64,000 nucleotides of DNA from Acidobacteriota bacterium (GCA_029862975.1 JAOTWP010000006.1:41-64040), one strand, 5' to 3'. Positions 35,893 through 46,120 are shown, counted from the stretch's first letter. The notes: generated from the sequence alone by a model not told the origin. Translations and numbers: made by a program.

Positions 35893-36046
35893 GCCGGCGG
35901 CCGGCGCCGGGTCGCCGGGAGGCCTGCGGAGGGCAGGCCCGGCGAAGGATTCTCCGCGGGCACGCGTCTACTCCCATGCACGTGCAACGGAGAAGCCCCG
36001 GCCGCATCCATCGAACCCGCTCAGACGAGGAACAGGAGTAGCGCGA

Positions 36047-36826
36047 ATGAAGACACCCCACAACCCGACCGTTTCAACCCTGGCGATGACCGCCTTGATC
36101 CTGGGACTCGCCGGTCCCGCCGCCCAGGCCCGGGACGACGGCGAGATCCCCTTCAGCGTCTCGGAGATCTACTTCGAGCTCAACGACACGGACGGCGACC
36201 TCGGCATCCACTCGCTCATCGACGGCGAGCCCTGGAAGTTCCTGTCGATCGAGGGCCCGGACGAGCGACAGAATCTCAACATCCGGGTCAAGTCCAACCT
36301 GCGCCGGCAAGGTCTGACCGAGCTCTTCTTCGAGAGCGCCGAGCCACCCTTCGACGAGCTGCCGCCCGAGGAGTTCTTCGGCCGTTTCCCCGAGGGCGTC
36401 TACGAGGTCGAGGGCCTGACGCTCGAGGGCGACGAGCTCGAGAGCGAGACGGTCGTCACCCACCTGATGCCGGCGCCGGTCGAGAACTTCACGGTCAACG
36501 GCGAGGAGCTGCCGGAGGACTGCGACGAGGACCCCGTGCCCGCCGTCAGCGAGCCCTTCGTGATCGACTGGGATCCCGTCACCCTCTCGCACCCGGAGAT
36601 CGGCCGCACGGACGAGCCGATCGAGGTCGTGCGTTACGAAGTGATCGCCGAGCGGGAAGAGCCGACGCTCGTGAAGTTCACCATCCTGCTGCCGCCCGAC
36701 GTCACCGAGGTCGAGCTGCCTGCCGGCCTGGCCAAAGAGGGCGAGGAGTGGAAGGTCGAGGTCCTCACCCGCGAGGAGAGTGGCAACCAGACGGCGACCG
36801 AGAGCTGCTTCGAGGTCGGGGACTGA
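36047..36826 (+). CDS. Secreted acidic hypothetical protein (beta-rich)
   Basis: AGGAG RBS; signal peptide ending AQA; GC3-biased codon usage. Confidence 0.75.
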   Translation: MKTPHNPTVSTLAMTALILGLAGPAAQARDDGEIPFSVSEIYFELNDTDGDLGIHSLIDGEPWKFLSIEGPDERQNLNIRVKSNLRRQGLTELFFESAEPPFDELPPEEFFGRFPEGVYEVEGLTLEGDELESETVVTHLMPAPVENFTVNGEELPEDCDEDPVPAVSEPFVIDWDPVTLSHPEIGRTDEPIEVVRYEVIAEREEPTLVKFTILLPPDVTEVELPAGLAKEGEEWKVEVLTREESGNQTATESCFEVGD

Positions 36827-36855
36827 CCGGCGCGGCTCCTCCCTGCACTCGCCGG

Positions 36856-36908
36856 CCCACCCACCCCCGCGCTCCGGCGCGGCGGGTGGGTGGGTCCCGG
36901 TCTTTTCT
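36856..36908. terminator. Stem-loop between convergent genes, probable intrinsic terminator
   Basis: cccacccaccc-ccgcgc-tccg-gcgcgg-c-gggtgggtggg followed by tcttttct. Confidence 0.6.
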
Positions 36909-36961
36909 CGCGCCGCCGCCGGAGGGCTCGGCGCGAGATCCCCGATGACGGCGGGCCGGCT

Positions 36962-39379
36962 TCAGAACTTCACGCGGGTCGTCACGCCGAACGTCCGGGG
37001 CTGGTTGGTCAGGAAGCCCACCCGGGCGCGGGTGCCGCGCTCCTGGTCGAGGGCGAGCAGCGCCCGCTCGTCGGTCACGTTGTTGACGAAGAAGGCCACG
37101 TCCCACTTCTCGTTGAGCATCCCGATCCGCAGGTTGGCCAGATCGTAGGCCGGCAGCTCGGGGTTGAACGTGAACGTGTCCGCCGTCAGCGGACCGCCGA
37201 TCGTGTTGGGCTCGAACGACAGGAGGTCGACCGTGCCGAAGCCCGCCGCCTGGTCGCCGATCTGGGTGAACCGCGAGCCGACGTGCTGGTACGTGCCCGA
37301 AGCGTAGCCGGCCCAACCGTTGCTCATCTCCCAGCGCCGGGTGGCCGCGGCCGCCATCTGGAGCTCGGGCACCGTGGGCAGGCGCTTGCCGTCCTCGATC
37401 CCCGCGACGATGTTCTCGTTGCCCTCTGCGTCGGGCGCCGTGAAGGTCGACTGCAGCTTGGCATCGTTGAGACTCGCCGAGATCGCAAAATCGAAGAGCG
37501 GCGTGGGCTGAGCCGCGAGCTCGAGCTCGAGGCCCGTGCTCTGGGCGTCGGGCACGTTGATGATGAGGCGAGACGAGCACGAGCCGGCCGTCACGGTCGC
37601 CTGGAGATCGGTGATGTCGGCCCGGTAGGCGGCCACGTTGAACGTGCCGCGACCGCCGAGGATCGTCGACTTGGCGCCCACTTCGTAGTTCCACAGCTCC
37701 TCGTCCTGCCAGGCTGGCCGGCCGCTGAAGGTGGCAAGGTCCTCGTCGGTGCACAGCGGCACGTTCAGCGGATCGTTGATGCCGCCGAGCCGGAAGCCCT
37801 TGGCGACCTGGGCGTTGAGCCGGGTGTTCTCGGTCGCCTTGTAGCTGGCGATGAGGCGCGGCGCGATGCCGTCGGCCGCGGTGTCGCCCACGGTCGTCCC
37901 CGGATCGGCGAAGATGCCGTCGAAGGTCTGCGTGCGGTCCTCGGTGAAGTCGTACCAGCGCAATCCCCCGGTCAGGTCCAACCGATCGTTGACGGAATAG
38001 GTCAGCTCTCCGAACACGGCCAGCTGATCGAAGGTGTAGCTCAAGTCGGAGAAGAACAGGATGTCGGTGCCGGCGCCGAAGTTGCCCGCCGTGGGGATGC
38101 CGGTGCCCGCCTCGAAGCCGTCGACGAACAGGCTCTGGCCGTAGTCGCGGTCGATCGTGCTGTAGAAGACGCCCGCCACCCACTGCGTGTCGCTGCCGGC
38201 GCCCGAGAGGCGCAGCTCCTGGGTCAGCACCTGGGCCGTCGTCGCGTCGTCGAGCGGCCCGTCGATCGTGTAGATGTCCTCCGGCAGGCCGATCGAGCCG
38301 CCCGTGATGCTGGCCGTCAAAGCCGTGGCGTCGCGCACGACGAGCACGTCGCGGTCCGTGTAGGAGCTCACCGAGGTCAGGGTGACGTCCCCGAAGTCGT
38401 ATTCGACGTTGAAGTCGAAGAGCAGGAACTCGTCGGTGAACGGCTCGCCAATCTGGGTAAACAGCTGGCGCTCGCCGAGGTCGACCGGCGGCCGGGTGGT
38501 CGTGAACGGGTTGGCCAGGATGTTGTAGGCGTCGATGCGGTTCCAGCCGTCCGCGTTCACCTCCTGGTAGAGCAGCCGCGGGGTCACCGTCAGCCGCTCG
38601 TTGGGCTCGAACCGGAAGGCCCAGCGCACCCCGCTGCGGTCGCCGCTGTTGACGTCCTCGCGGACGCTCAGGTCGGGCTGCACGGCGTCCATGAAGCCGC
38701 CCATCTCGGAGTGATAGGCCGCGATGCGCATCGCCGCGCGCTCGCCGAGCGGCGTGTTGACCGCCACCTTGGCGCTGCCGCCCATGCCGCCCTCGTCGAC
38801 GGCGCTCACGGTGAGCTCGCCGAACGACTCCGCGAGCCCGAGCTCGGGCTGGTTGGAGATGTAGCGCACGGTGCCCGACAGCGAGCCCGAGCCGAAGAGC
38901 GTCCCCTGGGGGCCGCGCAGCACCTCGACCCGGGACATGTCGAAGAGGTCGAGGTCCGGGGTGAAGAGCGACAGCGAGATGACCGACTCGTCGAGATAGA
39001 CGCCCACCTGCTCCTTGACCCCCGGCTGGTCGCGCACGATCTGGCCGGCCGAGACGCCGCGGATGGCGACCTGGCTCTGGCCCGGACCGAGGTTCTGCAC
39101 GCTGAAGCCGCCGACGTTGGCCGAGATGTCCTCCAGCGTCTCGGCGCCGCGGTCGCGCAGCACCTCTTCGGTGGGCGCGACGACGGAGAACGGCACCTCC
39201 TGCAGCGACTCCTCGCGCTTGCGGGCGGTGACCGTCACCTCCTCGGAGAAGGGCTCGCGCTCTTCGGCGGCGGCCTCCGCCGCAGCTTCCTCGGCCTCCT
39301 GCGCGCCGGCCGGCGGGCTCAGGACGACCATGAGCGGGACGAAGCCGAACAGGATCAGGCTGGTCGGGGTCTTTCTCAT
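36962..39379 (-). CDS. TonB-dependent outer membrane receptor
   Basis: EEVTVTARKREESLQEVP, IRGV, RVEVLRGPQGTLFG, NNVTDE, C-terminal Phe. Confidence 0.95.
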   Translation of the reverse strand: MRKTPTSLILFGFVPLMVVLSPPAGAQEAEEAAAEAAAEEREPFSEEVTVTARKREESLQEVPFSVVAPTEEVLRDRGAETLEDISANVGGFSVQNLGPGQSQVAIRGVSAGQIVRDQPGVKEQVGVYLDESVISLSLFTPDLDLFDMSRVEVLRGPQGTLFGSGSLSGTVRYISNQPELGLAESFGELTVSAVDEGGMGGSAKVAVNTPLGERAAMRIAAYHSEMGGFMDAVQPDLSVREDVNSGDRSGVRWAFRFEPNERLTVTPRLLYQEVNADGWNRIDAYNILANPFTTTRPPVDLGERQLFTQIGEPFTDEFLLFDFNVEYDFGDVTLTSVSSYTDRDVLVVRDATALTASITGGSIGLPEDIYTIDGPLDDATTAQVLTQELRLSGAGSDTQWVAGVFYSTIDRDYGQSLFVDGFEAGTGIPTAGNFGAGTDILFFSDLSYTFDQLAVFGELTYSVNDRLDLTGGLRWYDFTEDRTQTFDGIFADPGTTVGDTAADGIAPRLIASYKATENTRLNAQVAKGFRLGGINDPLNVPLCTDEDLATFSGRPAWQDEELWNYEVGAKSTILGGRGTFNVAAYRADITDLQATVTAGSCSSRLIINVPDAQSTGLELELAAQPTPLFDFAISASLNDAKLQSTFTAPDAEGNENIVAGIEDGKRLPTVPELQMAAAATRRWEMSNGWAGYASGTYQHVGSRFTQIGDQAAGFGTVDLLSFEPNTIGGPLTADTFTFNPELPAYDLANLRIGMLNEKWDVAFFVNNVTDERALLALDQERGTRARVGFLTNQPRTFGVTTRVKF

Positions 39380-39469
39380 CGGGACCTCCGCAAGTTGTGG
39401 TTTGCGACATTGTCCCCGACCTCGACGCCGGCGTCAACGCGGCGTTCCCCAGCGCCCCCGGCCGCGGGC

Positions 39470-40249
39470 TCAGGACGGGCCGCGCACCACCTGGCGGATG
39501 TCGTCCATCCGCTCGCGGGCGGCGTCGTAGCCGACCTTCTGGATGGCCGCGAAATGCTTCGTGTCGAAGGTGCCGTAGCGGCTGAGCTCGGCCGGGCACA
39601 GCAGCAGGTCGCAGTAGTGGAACTTGCGCTTGGAGGCGTGGTACATGCCGATCTCGAAGGCGCGCTGCGAGACGGCCAGCGAGGAGCTCAGATCGCTCTG
39701 GCTCACGGGGCGCAGGGGACTCACGTAGACGCCGAGGATGGTCTGGCAGTGCCCCAGGAGCGGCTCGACGGGAAAGTTGTTGATGATCCCGCCGTCCGAG
39801 TACCAATGCCCGTCGATCTCGGTGGGCGCGAACACCAGGGGCGTCGAGGCCGACGCCAGGATCGCGGGGATCAGAGGGCCCGAGGTGAAGATCTCCGGTC
39901 GCGCCTCGACGAGATCGGTGGCGGTCAGGAAGACGGGCTTGGCGAGCGACTCGAAGGAGTCCTCGGGGAAGTACTCGCGGAAGTCGGCGGCGGCTTTTTC
40001 CGTGTCGAAGATCCCCGGCTTGGCGAGCGCCAGCTTCGAGAGCCGGAACGGACTCTTGTGGACGAAGAACCCGAGCATCTCCGCGGGGGAGTAGCCGGCG
40101 GCGTAGAGCGCGGCGACGATGGCGCCGGCGCTCGACCCGGCGAGGACCTGCGGCTCGATGCCCTCCTCGCCCAGCGCCTGGAGAACCCCGACGTGGGCGA
40201 GCCCGCGGGCTCCGCCGCCGGAGAGCACCATCCCCAACTCGTAGTGCAC
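39470..40249 (-). CDS. Patatin-like phospholipase
   Basis: LSGGGARG, GSSAG, DGG motifs; GTG start at 40249. Confidence 0.92.
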   Translation of the reverse strand: MHYELGMVLSGGGARGLAHVGVLQALGEEGIEPQVLAGSSAGAIVAALYAAGYSPAEMLGFFVHKSPFRLSKLALAKPGIFDTEKAAADFREYFPEDSFESLAKPVFLTATDLVEARPEIFTSGPLIPAILASASTPLVFAPTEIDGHWYSDGGIINNFPVEPLLGHCQTILGVYVSPLRPVSQSDLSSSLAVSQRAFEIGMYHASKRKFHYCDLLLCPAELSRYGTFDTKHFAAIQKVGYDAARERMDDIRQVVRGPS

Positions 40250-40414
40250 GATTCGCCCCCTTTTCCGCCGGCAGGACCTTCGCCAGGACCCCCGGCAGGA
40301 TCTACAGAGTCCCTCCGCGACCGGTGCCGCGTCAAGCCGCGAGCGCGATCGGTTATGCTCCGGCGACGACGGCCAGCAGCAGTGCATCGAGGTCCTTTCG
40401 ATTCGAGGTGCGGA

Positions 40415-40963
40415 TTGTCCGACCGGAGCAGGCAGGGACGAGGACTCCTCGGGCGCCTGAAAGGCGCGCTGGGAGAGAGCCCGCCGGCGAGCGCCCCCGA
40501 GCGCCGTGCGAGCAAGCGGGTCAAGCTGCCCATTCCCGTGCAGCTCGAGATCGAGGGCGGCGAGCCAATGGAGCGGCGCCTCCGCGACATCAGCCAGCAG
40601 GGGCTGTGCATCGAGGCGATCGACGGCGGGCGGCCGGGGCAGACCGTCACCGTGCGCTTCCAGGGCTACCCGGACGTCTGCGACCCGTTCGTCCTCTCGG
40701 GAGCGATCGTCCGGATCGGCGACGAGCAGCCGCCGGCGCTCGTGATCAACATCGATCGCCAGCGCACGCCTCCCGAGGCGCTGAACCAGTACCGCGCCCT
40801 CGTCCTGCACTACATCCGCCACAAGCCGCTCCTCGACGAGCTCGGACGCGGCTACTTCGAAGGCCACTGCGTGTCGTGCGACTGGATCGGCCGGGTCGGA
40901 GCCAGGAAGCCCACCTGCGCGCGCTGCGGCGACACGGTCGTGCCGGTCGGCCTCGAGCGCTAG
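40415..40963 (+). CDS. PilZ domain protein with C-terminal CxxC...CxxC ribbon
   Basis: ERRASKR and DISQQG PilZ motifs; CVSC...CARC; GAGGTG SD before TTG 40415 (start inferred). Confidence 0.8.
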   Translation: MSDRSRQGRGLLGRLKGALGESPPASAPERRASKRVKLPIPVQLEIEGGEPMERRLRDISQQGLCIEAIDGGRPGQTVTVRFQGYPDVCDPFVLSGAIVRIGDEQPPALVINIDRQRTPPEALNQYRALVLHYIRHKPLLDELGRGYFEGHCVSCDWIGRVGARKPTCARCGDTVVPVGLER

Positions 40964-40967
40964 CAGC

Positions 40968-41123
40968 GCCGTCGAGCGCGCGCTGCGTTTCGAGATCTCC
41001 TACTGGGACGGCGCCGTCGTGGCGGCGGCCGAATCGCTGGGCGCGACCGTGCTCACCACGGCAGACCTGAGTCACGGCCGGCGCTACGGCGCCGTCACGA
41101 TCGAGAATCCGTTCCCCGGCTGA
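40968..41123 (+). pseudogene. PIN-domain (VapC-like) C-terminal remnant
   Basis: AVERALRFEISYWDGAVVAAAESLGATVLTTADLSHGRRYGAVTIENPFPG*; no start codon or N-terminal half. Confidence 0.7.
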
Positions 41124-41144
41124 CTCCGCGCCCGCCTTGGCGCG

Positions 41145-42308
41145 CTACGGGAACGGGACGAAGTCCTCCACGATGTCCACCCAGAACGGCCGCGGCACCA
41201 GGAAGTCTCCCGTCCACACGTCGAGCGGCACGCCGTCGGCGTCGCCGAGATAGAAGGTCGGCCGCTGGAGCGCCGTGTGCTCGTCGTCGCCGCTCCGGAT
41301 GAACGTCTTGTAGCGGTCCGGGTAGAGGTCGTTGAGCGCTCCGTGTTCCGTCAGGAGGAGGTCCCGGTACTCGGCCTGGGTCGCGACGTTGAGAAAGAAA
41401 CGGTTCGTCTCGTCGGCGTCGGTGCTGTAGAAGGACTCGAGGATCGTCGAGTCGTTGGCGAGGCGCCAGTGGATGATCTCCGTGGACTGGCCCAGGTCGC
41501 TGCAATCCGTGCAGCTGGCCGGAAAGAACTGCCCGAACTGCCAGTCGTCGGCGCGCGCCTGGATGGCGCCGACCTCGTCGAGGTTGATCGCCACCGGGCC
41601 GGCGTCGTTGAAGACCCTCAGCTTGGTGTTGTTGCCGTACAGGAACCGGGCCAGGAACGGCGCGAACGCGGCGGCGCCGACGCCGCCGGCGCTGGAGCCG
41701 GCGAGCAGGATCCGGCTCGGATGCGAGAACTTGGCTTGCGCCAGATCCATGGCGGCCGAGAGGTTGCGCAGACCGCGGTGGAAGCGGAAACCGCCCGGGA
41801 AGTCCGGATCGAAGACGACGTTGTCGCCCGTGAAGACCGAGCCGTCGCAGTAGGGCACGTACACGATGGAATAGTCCCCTACCGGATTGGGAAGGACCTC
41901 GGTCCCGGTGTCGAAGGAGTCCACCCAGATTCCGGAGTGCGGCCCCGCCAGCGGCGGCGGCAGGACGTCGGCGAAGACGTTGCAGAAATAGAAGCCCTGC
42001 CAGCAGGCGCCGCCGCCCTGGAGGAGGATCATCAGCTTGGCGGGATTCTGGCTCTTGGTGAACACCCTGAACGGGGTGCCGGCGATGCACAGCGGGCCGT
42101 TGCCGCCGTCGGGGTCGTAGGTGTGCCGGACCCAGCCGTCACCGACGTCCTCCGACAGAGCCGGAGTGAACTGGCCGAGGTACTTGTCGACTCCGGCGTC
42201 GGCGAGCTCCTCGCGAGCCTGATTGTTGAGACCCTGCTTCGGACCCGCGCCGACGAACAGAACCGCCGCGACCAGCAGACTGAAGCACCGCAACCTACTC
42301 GACCTCAT
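41145..42308 (-). CDS. Pectinacetylesterase-family secreted hydrolase
   Basis: Signal peptide; CIAGTP, LQGGGACW, VPYCDGSVFTG, GSSAGG, NDAG. Confidence 0.85.
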   Translation of the reverse strand: MRSSRLRCFSLLVAAVLFVGAGPKQGLNNQAREELADAGVDKYLGQFTPALSEDVGDGWVRHTYDPDGGNGPLCIAGTPFRVFTKSQNPAKLMILLQGGGACWQGFYFCNVFADVLPPPLAGPHSGIWVDSFDTGTEVLPNPVGDYSIVYVPYCDGSVFTGDNVVFDPDFPGGFRFHRGLRNLSAAMDLAQAKFSHPSRILLAGSSAGGVGAAAFAPFLARFLYGNNTKLRVFNDAGPVAINLDEVGAIQARADDWQFGQFFPASCTDCSDLGQSTEIIHWRLANDSTILESFYSTDADETNRFFLNVATQAEYRDLLLTEHGALNDLYPDRYKTFIRSGDDEHTALQRPTFYLGDADGVPLDVWTGDFLVPRPFWVDIVEDFVPFP

Positions 42309-42508
42309 GGCTTCCCCCCCTCTTGGATCGACCGGACGACCGGCGCCCCGTCCACGCCATCGGAGTGCAGGGACGGCGACGCGTCGTGGTCTTCTTGTGC
42401 GCGCAGTCTAGCAGGCCGGCTCCCGTTGCCGGCGACACCTCGCTCCGGAGTCCGGAATCGTGCCGCTGGCGATCCGCTGACGCCGCGCCGGCCCCGGCGG
42501 CCGGCGGC

Positions 42509-42985
42509 TCAGGCGGTCTGCGGCGGCTCCGCGAAGGCGATCACCTTGGGCTGCGCCAGGCGCTCGAAGTCGCGGTAGGCCATGCGGATGAGCTCCGCGT
42601 GGGTGCCGGCGTTGAAGGCGATCTCCTCGTCTTCCGCCAGGGTGCGGTCGACGAACACCTCCATCCCGTAGAGGTTGCCGAACGGCGGCATGGCCCCCGT
42701 CTGGCACTCGGGGAAGAGCCGCTCGAAGTCCTCCTCCCCGGCGAGCGCGGCCTTGGCCGCGCCCGTTGCCTCGCGCAGGCGGTCGAACTCGACCATGAGG
42801 GTGGCCGGCAGGACCGCCATGGCCATCCGGCCGTCGAGCTTGACCATCACCGTCTTGGCGATCTCCTTGCCCGTGATGTGGGCCGAGGCCGCGATCTCCT
42901 GCGCCGTATACGCCGTCGAGTGCGAGATCGACACGTACTTGACCTTCTCACGCTCCAGGAGCTCCTTGAGCTTGGCTACCGCCAT
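42509..42985 (-). CDS. YbaK/EbsC family aminoacyl-tRNA deacylase
   Basis: HSTAYTAQEIA, AKTV, CQTGAMPPFGNLYG, FNAGTH; GGAGG RBS. Confidence 0.9.
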   Translation of the reverse strand: MAVAKLKELLEREKVKYVSISHSTAYTAQEIAASAHITGKEIAKTVMVKLDGRMAMAVLPATLMVEFDRLREATGAAKAALAGEEDFERLFPECQTGAMPPFGNLYGMEVFVDRTLAEDEEIAFNAGTHAELIRMAYRDFERLAQPKVIAFAEPPQTA

Positions 42986-43083
42986 GGGCACCTCCGTTTC
43001 GGCCTCACCCTAATCCGCTCGCCGCGCGGGCGCACCGCCCGACCGGGTGGCCCGGCGTCCCGGACCTCCCCCCGCGCGGACCT

Positions 43084-45915
43084 TCAGGCCAGGTCGGGCT
43101 CGCCGCAGTGGCGCAGGATCTCGGCGCGCACGGCGTCGCGCAGCCGGGCCGCGGCCGCCAGGTCGGCGCCGTCGGGGGCGATCGGCGGCCGGATGACGAC
43201 GTTCACCGCGCCGCGGCGCGGGAACCACTTGTTCCCGCGCAGCAGCGAGCGGGTGCCGCGAATGGCGATCGGCGCCACGGGCGTGCCGGTGCGGGCCGCC
43301 AGCAGGAAGCCGCCGAGGCGGAAGGGGCGCAGCCCCGGCGCCCGGTCGAACGTCCCTTCGGGAAACAGCAGGACGGACTGCCCGGCGGCCAGGGTCTCCT
43401 GGGCGCGCCGGATGTCCGCGAGGCTCTTGCCGGGATCGAAGCGCTCCACGAAGACGGTGCCGAGCCGCGCGAGGAGGAGCCGCGCGACGAAGCTGCCCCG
43501 CAGCTCGCTCTTCGCCATGAAGGCGGCCTCGGGCGGCAGCGTGGCGGTGAGCGCGAACCCGTCGAGGTAGCTCGCGTGGTTGGCGGCGACGACGAACGGT
43601 CCGCCGGCGGCCAGGTGCTTCTCGCCGGTGACCCGGATGGGCACCGAGGCCAGGCGCGCGACGCCGCGGGCGGCGCTGCGCGCCGCCCGGCGACGCCGCG
43701 CCAGCCTGGGCAGGAGAGCCACGCCGGCGACGACGGGCACCGCCGCCAGCCCGACGACGACCCAGAACCGCCCCGCGTACGCCAGCTCGCGGGCCGCCCC
43801 CTTGGCCCGCACCCACTGCGGGCGGGCGCCGGCCCAGGCCAGCCGCGCCACCTGCAGCCAGACCGGGCCGTGGCGGCGCAGGCGCCCCCCCTCGTAGAGG
43901 TCGCGGCCCGCGGCCCGCCGGATCTTGCCGCTCGAGGTCTTCGGCACGGTGTGCGGCGGCACCAGCACCACGTCGTCGGCCGGCGTGCCGACGAGATCGA
44001 CGGCCCGCTCCTGGATCCGCTGGCGCAGCCGCGAGCGGGCCTCCTCGCCGGTCTCGCGGGTCTCCGCCAGGACGATCAGCCGCTCGGTGCCGGTGGCCTC
44101 GTCGGCGCTGCCGAACACCGCCACGCAGCCCTTGCGGACCCCCGCGAGGTCGCCCACCGCCTCTTCGAGCTCCTCGGGGTAGATGTTGCGGCCGGCGCGG
44201 ATGATCAGGTCCTTGGCGCGGCCGGTGACGAACAGCTCGCCGCCCGCCAGGTAGCCGAGGTCCCCCGAGTCGAGCCACTCGCCGTGAAAGAGCCTGGCCG
44301 TGGCCGCGGCGTCGCGGTAGTAGCCGCTCGTCGCCGACGGGCCGCGGAACTCGATGCGCCCCTGCTGGCGCTCGCCGGCCTCGGCACCGGTGGCGTCGAC
44401 GATGCGGATCTCGTGACCGGGCAGGGCGAAGCCGGCGCCGACGAAGCGCAGGGCGTCGGGATCGCCCGCCGCGGCGGGCTCGGCGCGCCCGGCGCGGGCG
44501 AGCGCGTCACGCCGCACGGCGTCGACGACGGGGCCGCGGCCGACCGGCGGGAAGGCCAGCGCCAGCGAGCACTCGGCCAGGCCGTAGACCGGCATCATCG
44601 AGCCGGGGCGGTAGCCGTAGCGGGCGAAGCGCTCCGTGAAGCGGCGGACGGTCGCCGCGCTCACCGGCTCGGCGCCGTTGAGCGAGCCGCGCCAGGAGGA
44701 CAGGTCGAGGCCCTCGATCTCCGCGTCCTCGACCTTCTCGAGGCACAGCTCGTAGGCGAAGTTGGGGGCCGCCGACAGCGTCGCGCGGTGGCGATCGACC
44801 GCCCACAGCCAGCGCGCCGGGCGGGTCAGGAAGGCGAGCGGCGACATCAGGGCCAGGGGCATGGCGTAGTAGAGGCTCCCCATCCAGGCGCCGATGAGCC
44901 CCATGTCGTGGTAGAGCGGCAGCCAGCTCGCCACGACGTCCGCCGACGAGAGCTGTGCCGCCCGGCCGATCGCGCGCAGGTTGGCCAGCAGGTTGGCGTG
45001 GGTCAGCACGACCCCCTTCGGAGCCGCCGTGCTGCCGGAGGTGAACTGCAGGAAGGCGACGTCGTGCTCGCCCACCGCGGGCACGGCGGGGCGGGCGCCG
45101 GCCACCGCGAGCTCGGTCACGGTCACCGTCCGGCGGAGGGTCGGCACGTGGGCCTTCAGCAGGCGGGCCAGCGGCTGCACCTCGGGGACCGCGATCAGGA
45201 AGCGGGCGAGCGCCGTCGACAGGATCCCCGCCTGGCGCCGCAGGTGGTCCTCGATCTGGCTCGACCGCGCCGGCGGGTAGAGGGGCACCGGCACTCCGCC
45301 CGCCAGCAGGACGCCGCAGAACGCCGTGAAGTAGTCGCGGCCGGTCGGCAGCATGAGGCCGACCGTCTGCGCCGGCTCGAGACCGAGCTCCTGCAGGCCG
45401 GCGGCGACCTCGAGGGCGCTGGACCGCAGGGCCCCGTAGGTGACCTCCTGGCTGCCGCCGTCGCTCCCCAGGAGCGTGATGTGACGCCGCCCGGCGTGGT
45501 GGGCGACGTGCCACTCCAGCACCTCGAGGAGGGTGCGCGAGCGCTCGGGAGCGGGCTCGGCGGCGCCGGGGGCCTCCTCCTCGGCGGCCCTCGAGGGGGC
45601 CGCCGGGGCCGCGGGACCCGCGGCCCCGAGCACCGCCCGCAGCAGATCGCGCGGCGTCTCCGCGGCCGCCACCACCCCCTCCGGCAGCCCGACGTCGAAC
45701 GCCTTTTCGAGCCGGCCGACGAGCTCGATCCGCCCCAGGCTGTCGAGCGCCAGATCGCGATCGAGCGAGCTGTCGAGCGTCGGCCGCTGGCCGGCGGCGC
45801 CGGGATGAAGCTCCGCGACGACCTCGCCAACGATCGCGAGGAGCTCCTCGCCGCCCACGAGGCGCTTTCCGGGATCCCCGCTCTCCCCCGGCGACACGGT
45901 CGGCCGCTCGGTCAT
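43084..45915 (-). CDS. ACP + fatty acyl-AMP ligase + PlsC-type acyltransferase fusion
   Basis: ACP DLALDSL; FTSGSTAAPKGV, WLPLYHDMGLIG, YGLAE, DSGDLG, PKTSSGK; NHASYLD and FPEGT. Confidence 0.92.
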   Translation of the reverse strand: MTERPTVSPGESGDPGKRLVGGEELLAIVGEVVAELHPGAAGQRPTLDSSLDRDLALDSLGRIELVGRLEKAFDVGLPEGVVAAAETPRDLLRAVLGAAGPAAPAAPSRAAEEEAPGAAEPAPERSRTLLEVLEWHVAHHAGRRHITLLGSDGGSQEVTYGALRSSALEVAAGLQELGLEPAQTVGLMLPTGRDYFTAFCGVLLAGGVPVPLYPPARSSQIEDHLRRQAGILSTALARFLIAVPEVQPLARLLKAHVPTLRRTVTVTELAVAGARPAVPAVGEHDVAFLQFTSGSTAAPKGVVLTHANLLANLRAIGRAAQLSSADVVASWLPLYHDMGLIGAWMGSLYYAMPLALMSPLAFLTRPARWLWAVDRHRATLSAAPNFAYELCLEKVEDAEIEGLDLSSWRGSLNGAEPVSAATVRRFTERFARYGYRPGSMMPVYGLAECSLALAFPPVGRGPVVDAVRRDALARAGRAEPAAAGDPDALRFVGAGFALPGHEIRIVDATGAEAGERQQGRIEFRGPSATSGYYRDAAATARLFHGEWLDSGDLGYLAGGELFVTGRAKDLIIRAGRNIYPEELEEAVGDLAGVRKGCVAVFGSADEATGTERLIVLAETRETGEEARSRLRQRIQERAVDLVGTPADDVVLVPPHTVPKTSSGKIRRAAGRDLYEGGRLRRHGPVWLQVARLAWAGARPQWVRAKGAARELAYAGRFWVVVGLAAVPVVAGVALLPRLARRRRAARSAARGVARLASVPIRVTGEKHLAAGGPFVVAANHASYLDGFALTATLPPEAAFMAKSELRGSFVARLLLARLGTVFVERFDPGKSLADIRRAQETLAAGQSVLLFPEGTFDRAPGLRPFRLGGFLLAARTGTPVAPIAIRGTRSLLRGNKWFPRRGAVNVVIRPPIAPDGADLAAAARLRDAVRAEILRHCGEPDLA

Positions 45916-46006
45916 CGCACCACCACCATAGCGCGCGCGGCGGCCCGCGGCGAGCGGTCCGCCCGCCCTCTCCTCTCCCGATCTGGATCGGCCCTGACGG
46001 GGTGAC

Positions 46007-46033
46007 GCCTCTTGCCAAGCGCGGGCAAGAGGC
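46007..46033. promoter_or_regulatory. Perfect 10-bp inverted repeat GCCTCTTGCC-N7-GGCAAGAGGC between divergent genes, possible operator
   Basis: Seen directly; overlaps a TTGCCA -35-like hexamer. Confidence 0.4.
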
Positions 46034-46120
46034 TCAAGATCAAGGGTTGAGAGACTGCTCCCGTTCCCGTCCGCGGACGGGGCCTCTGGGAGAGCGCGCC
46101 GGCGGCGCCGAGGAGGAGAG

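Noticed and set aside
36890-40414. 1357-aa plus-strand ORF
   Set aside because: Antisense shadow of the TonB receptor and patatin genes; only the last about 180 codons (PilZ) look real.
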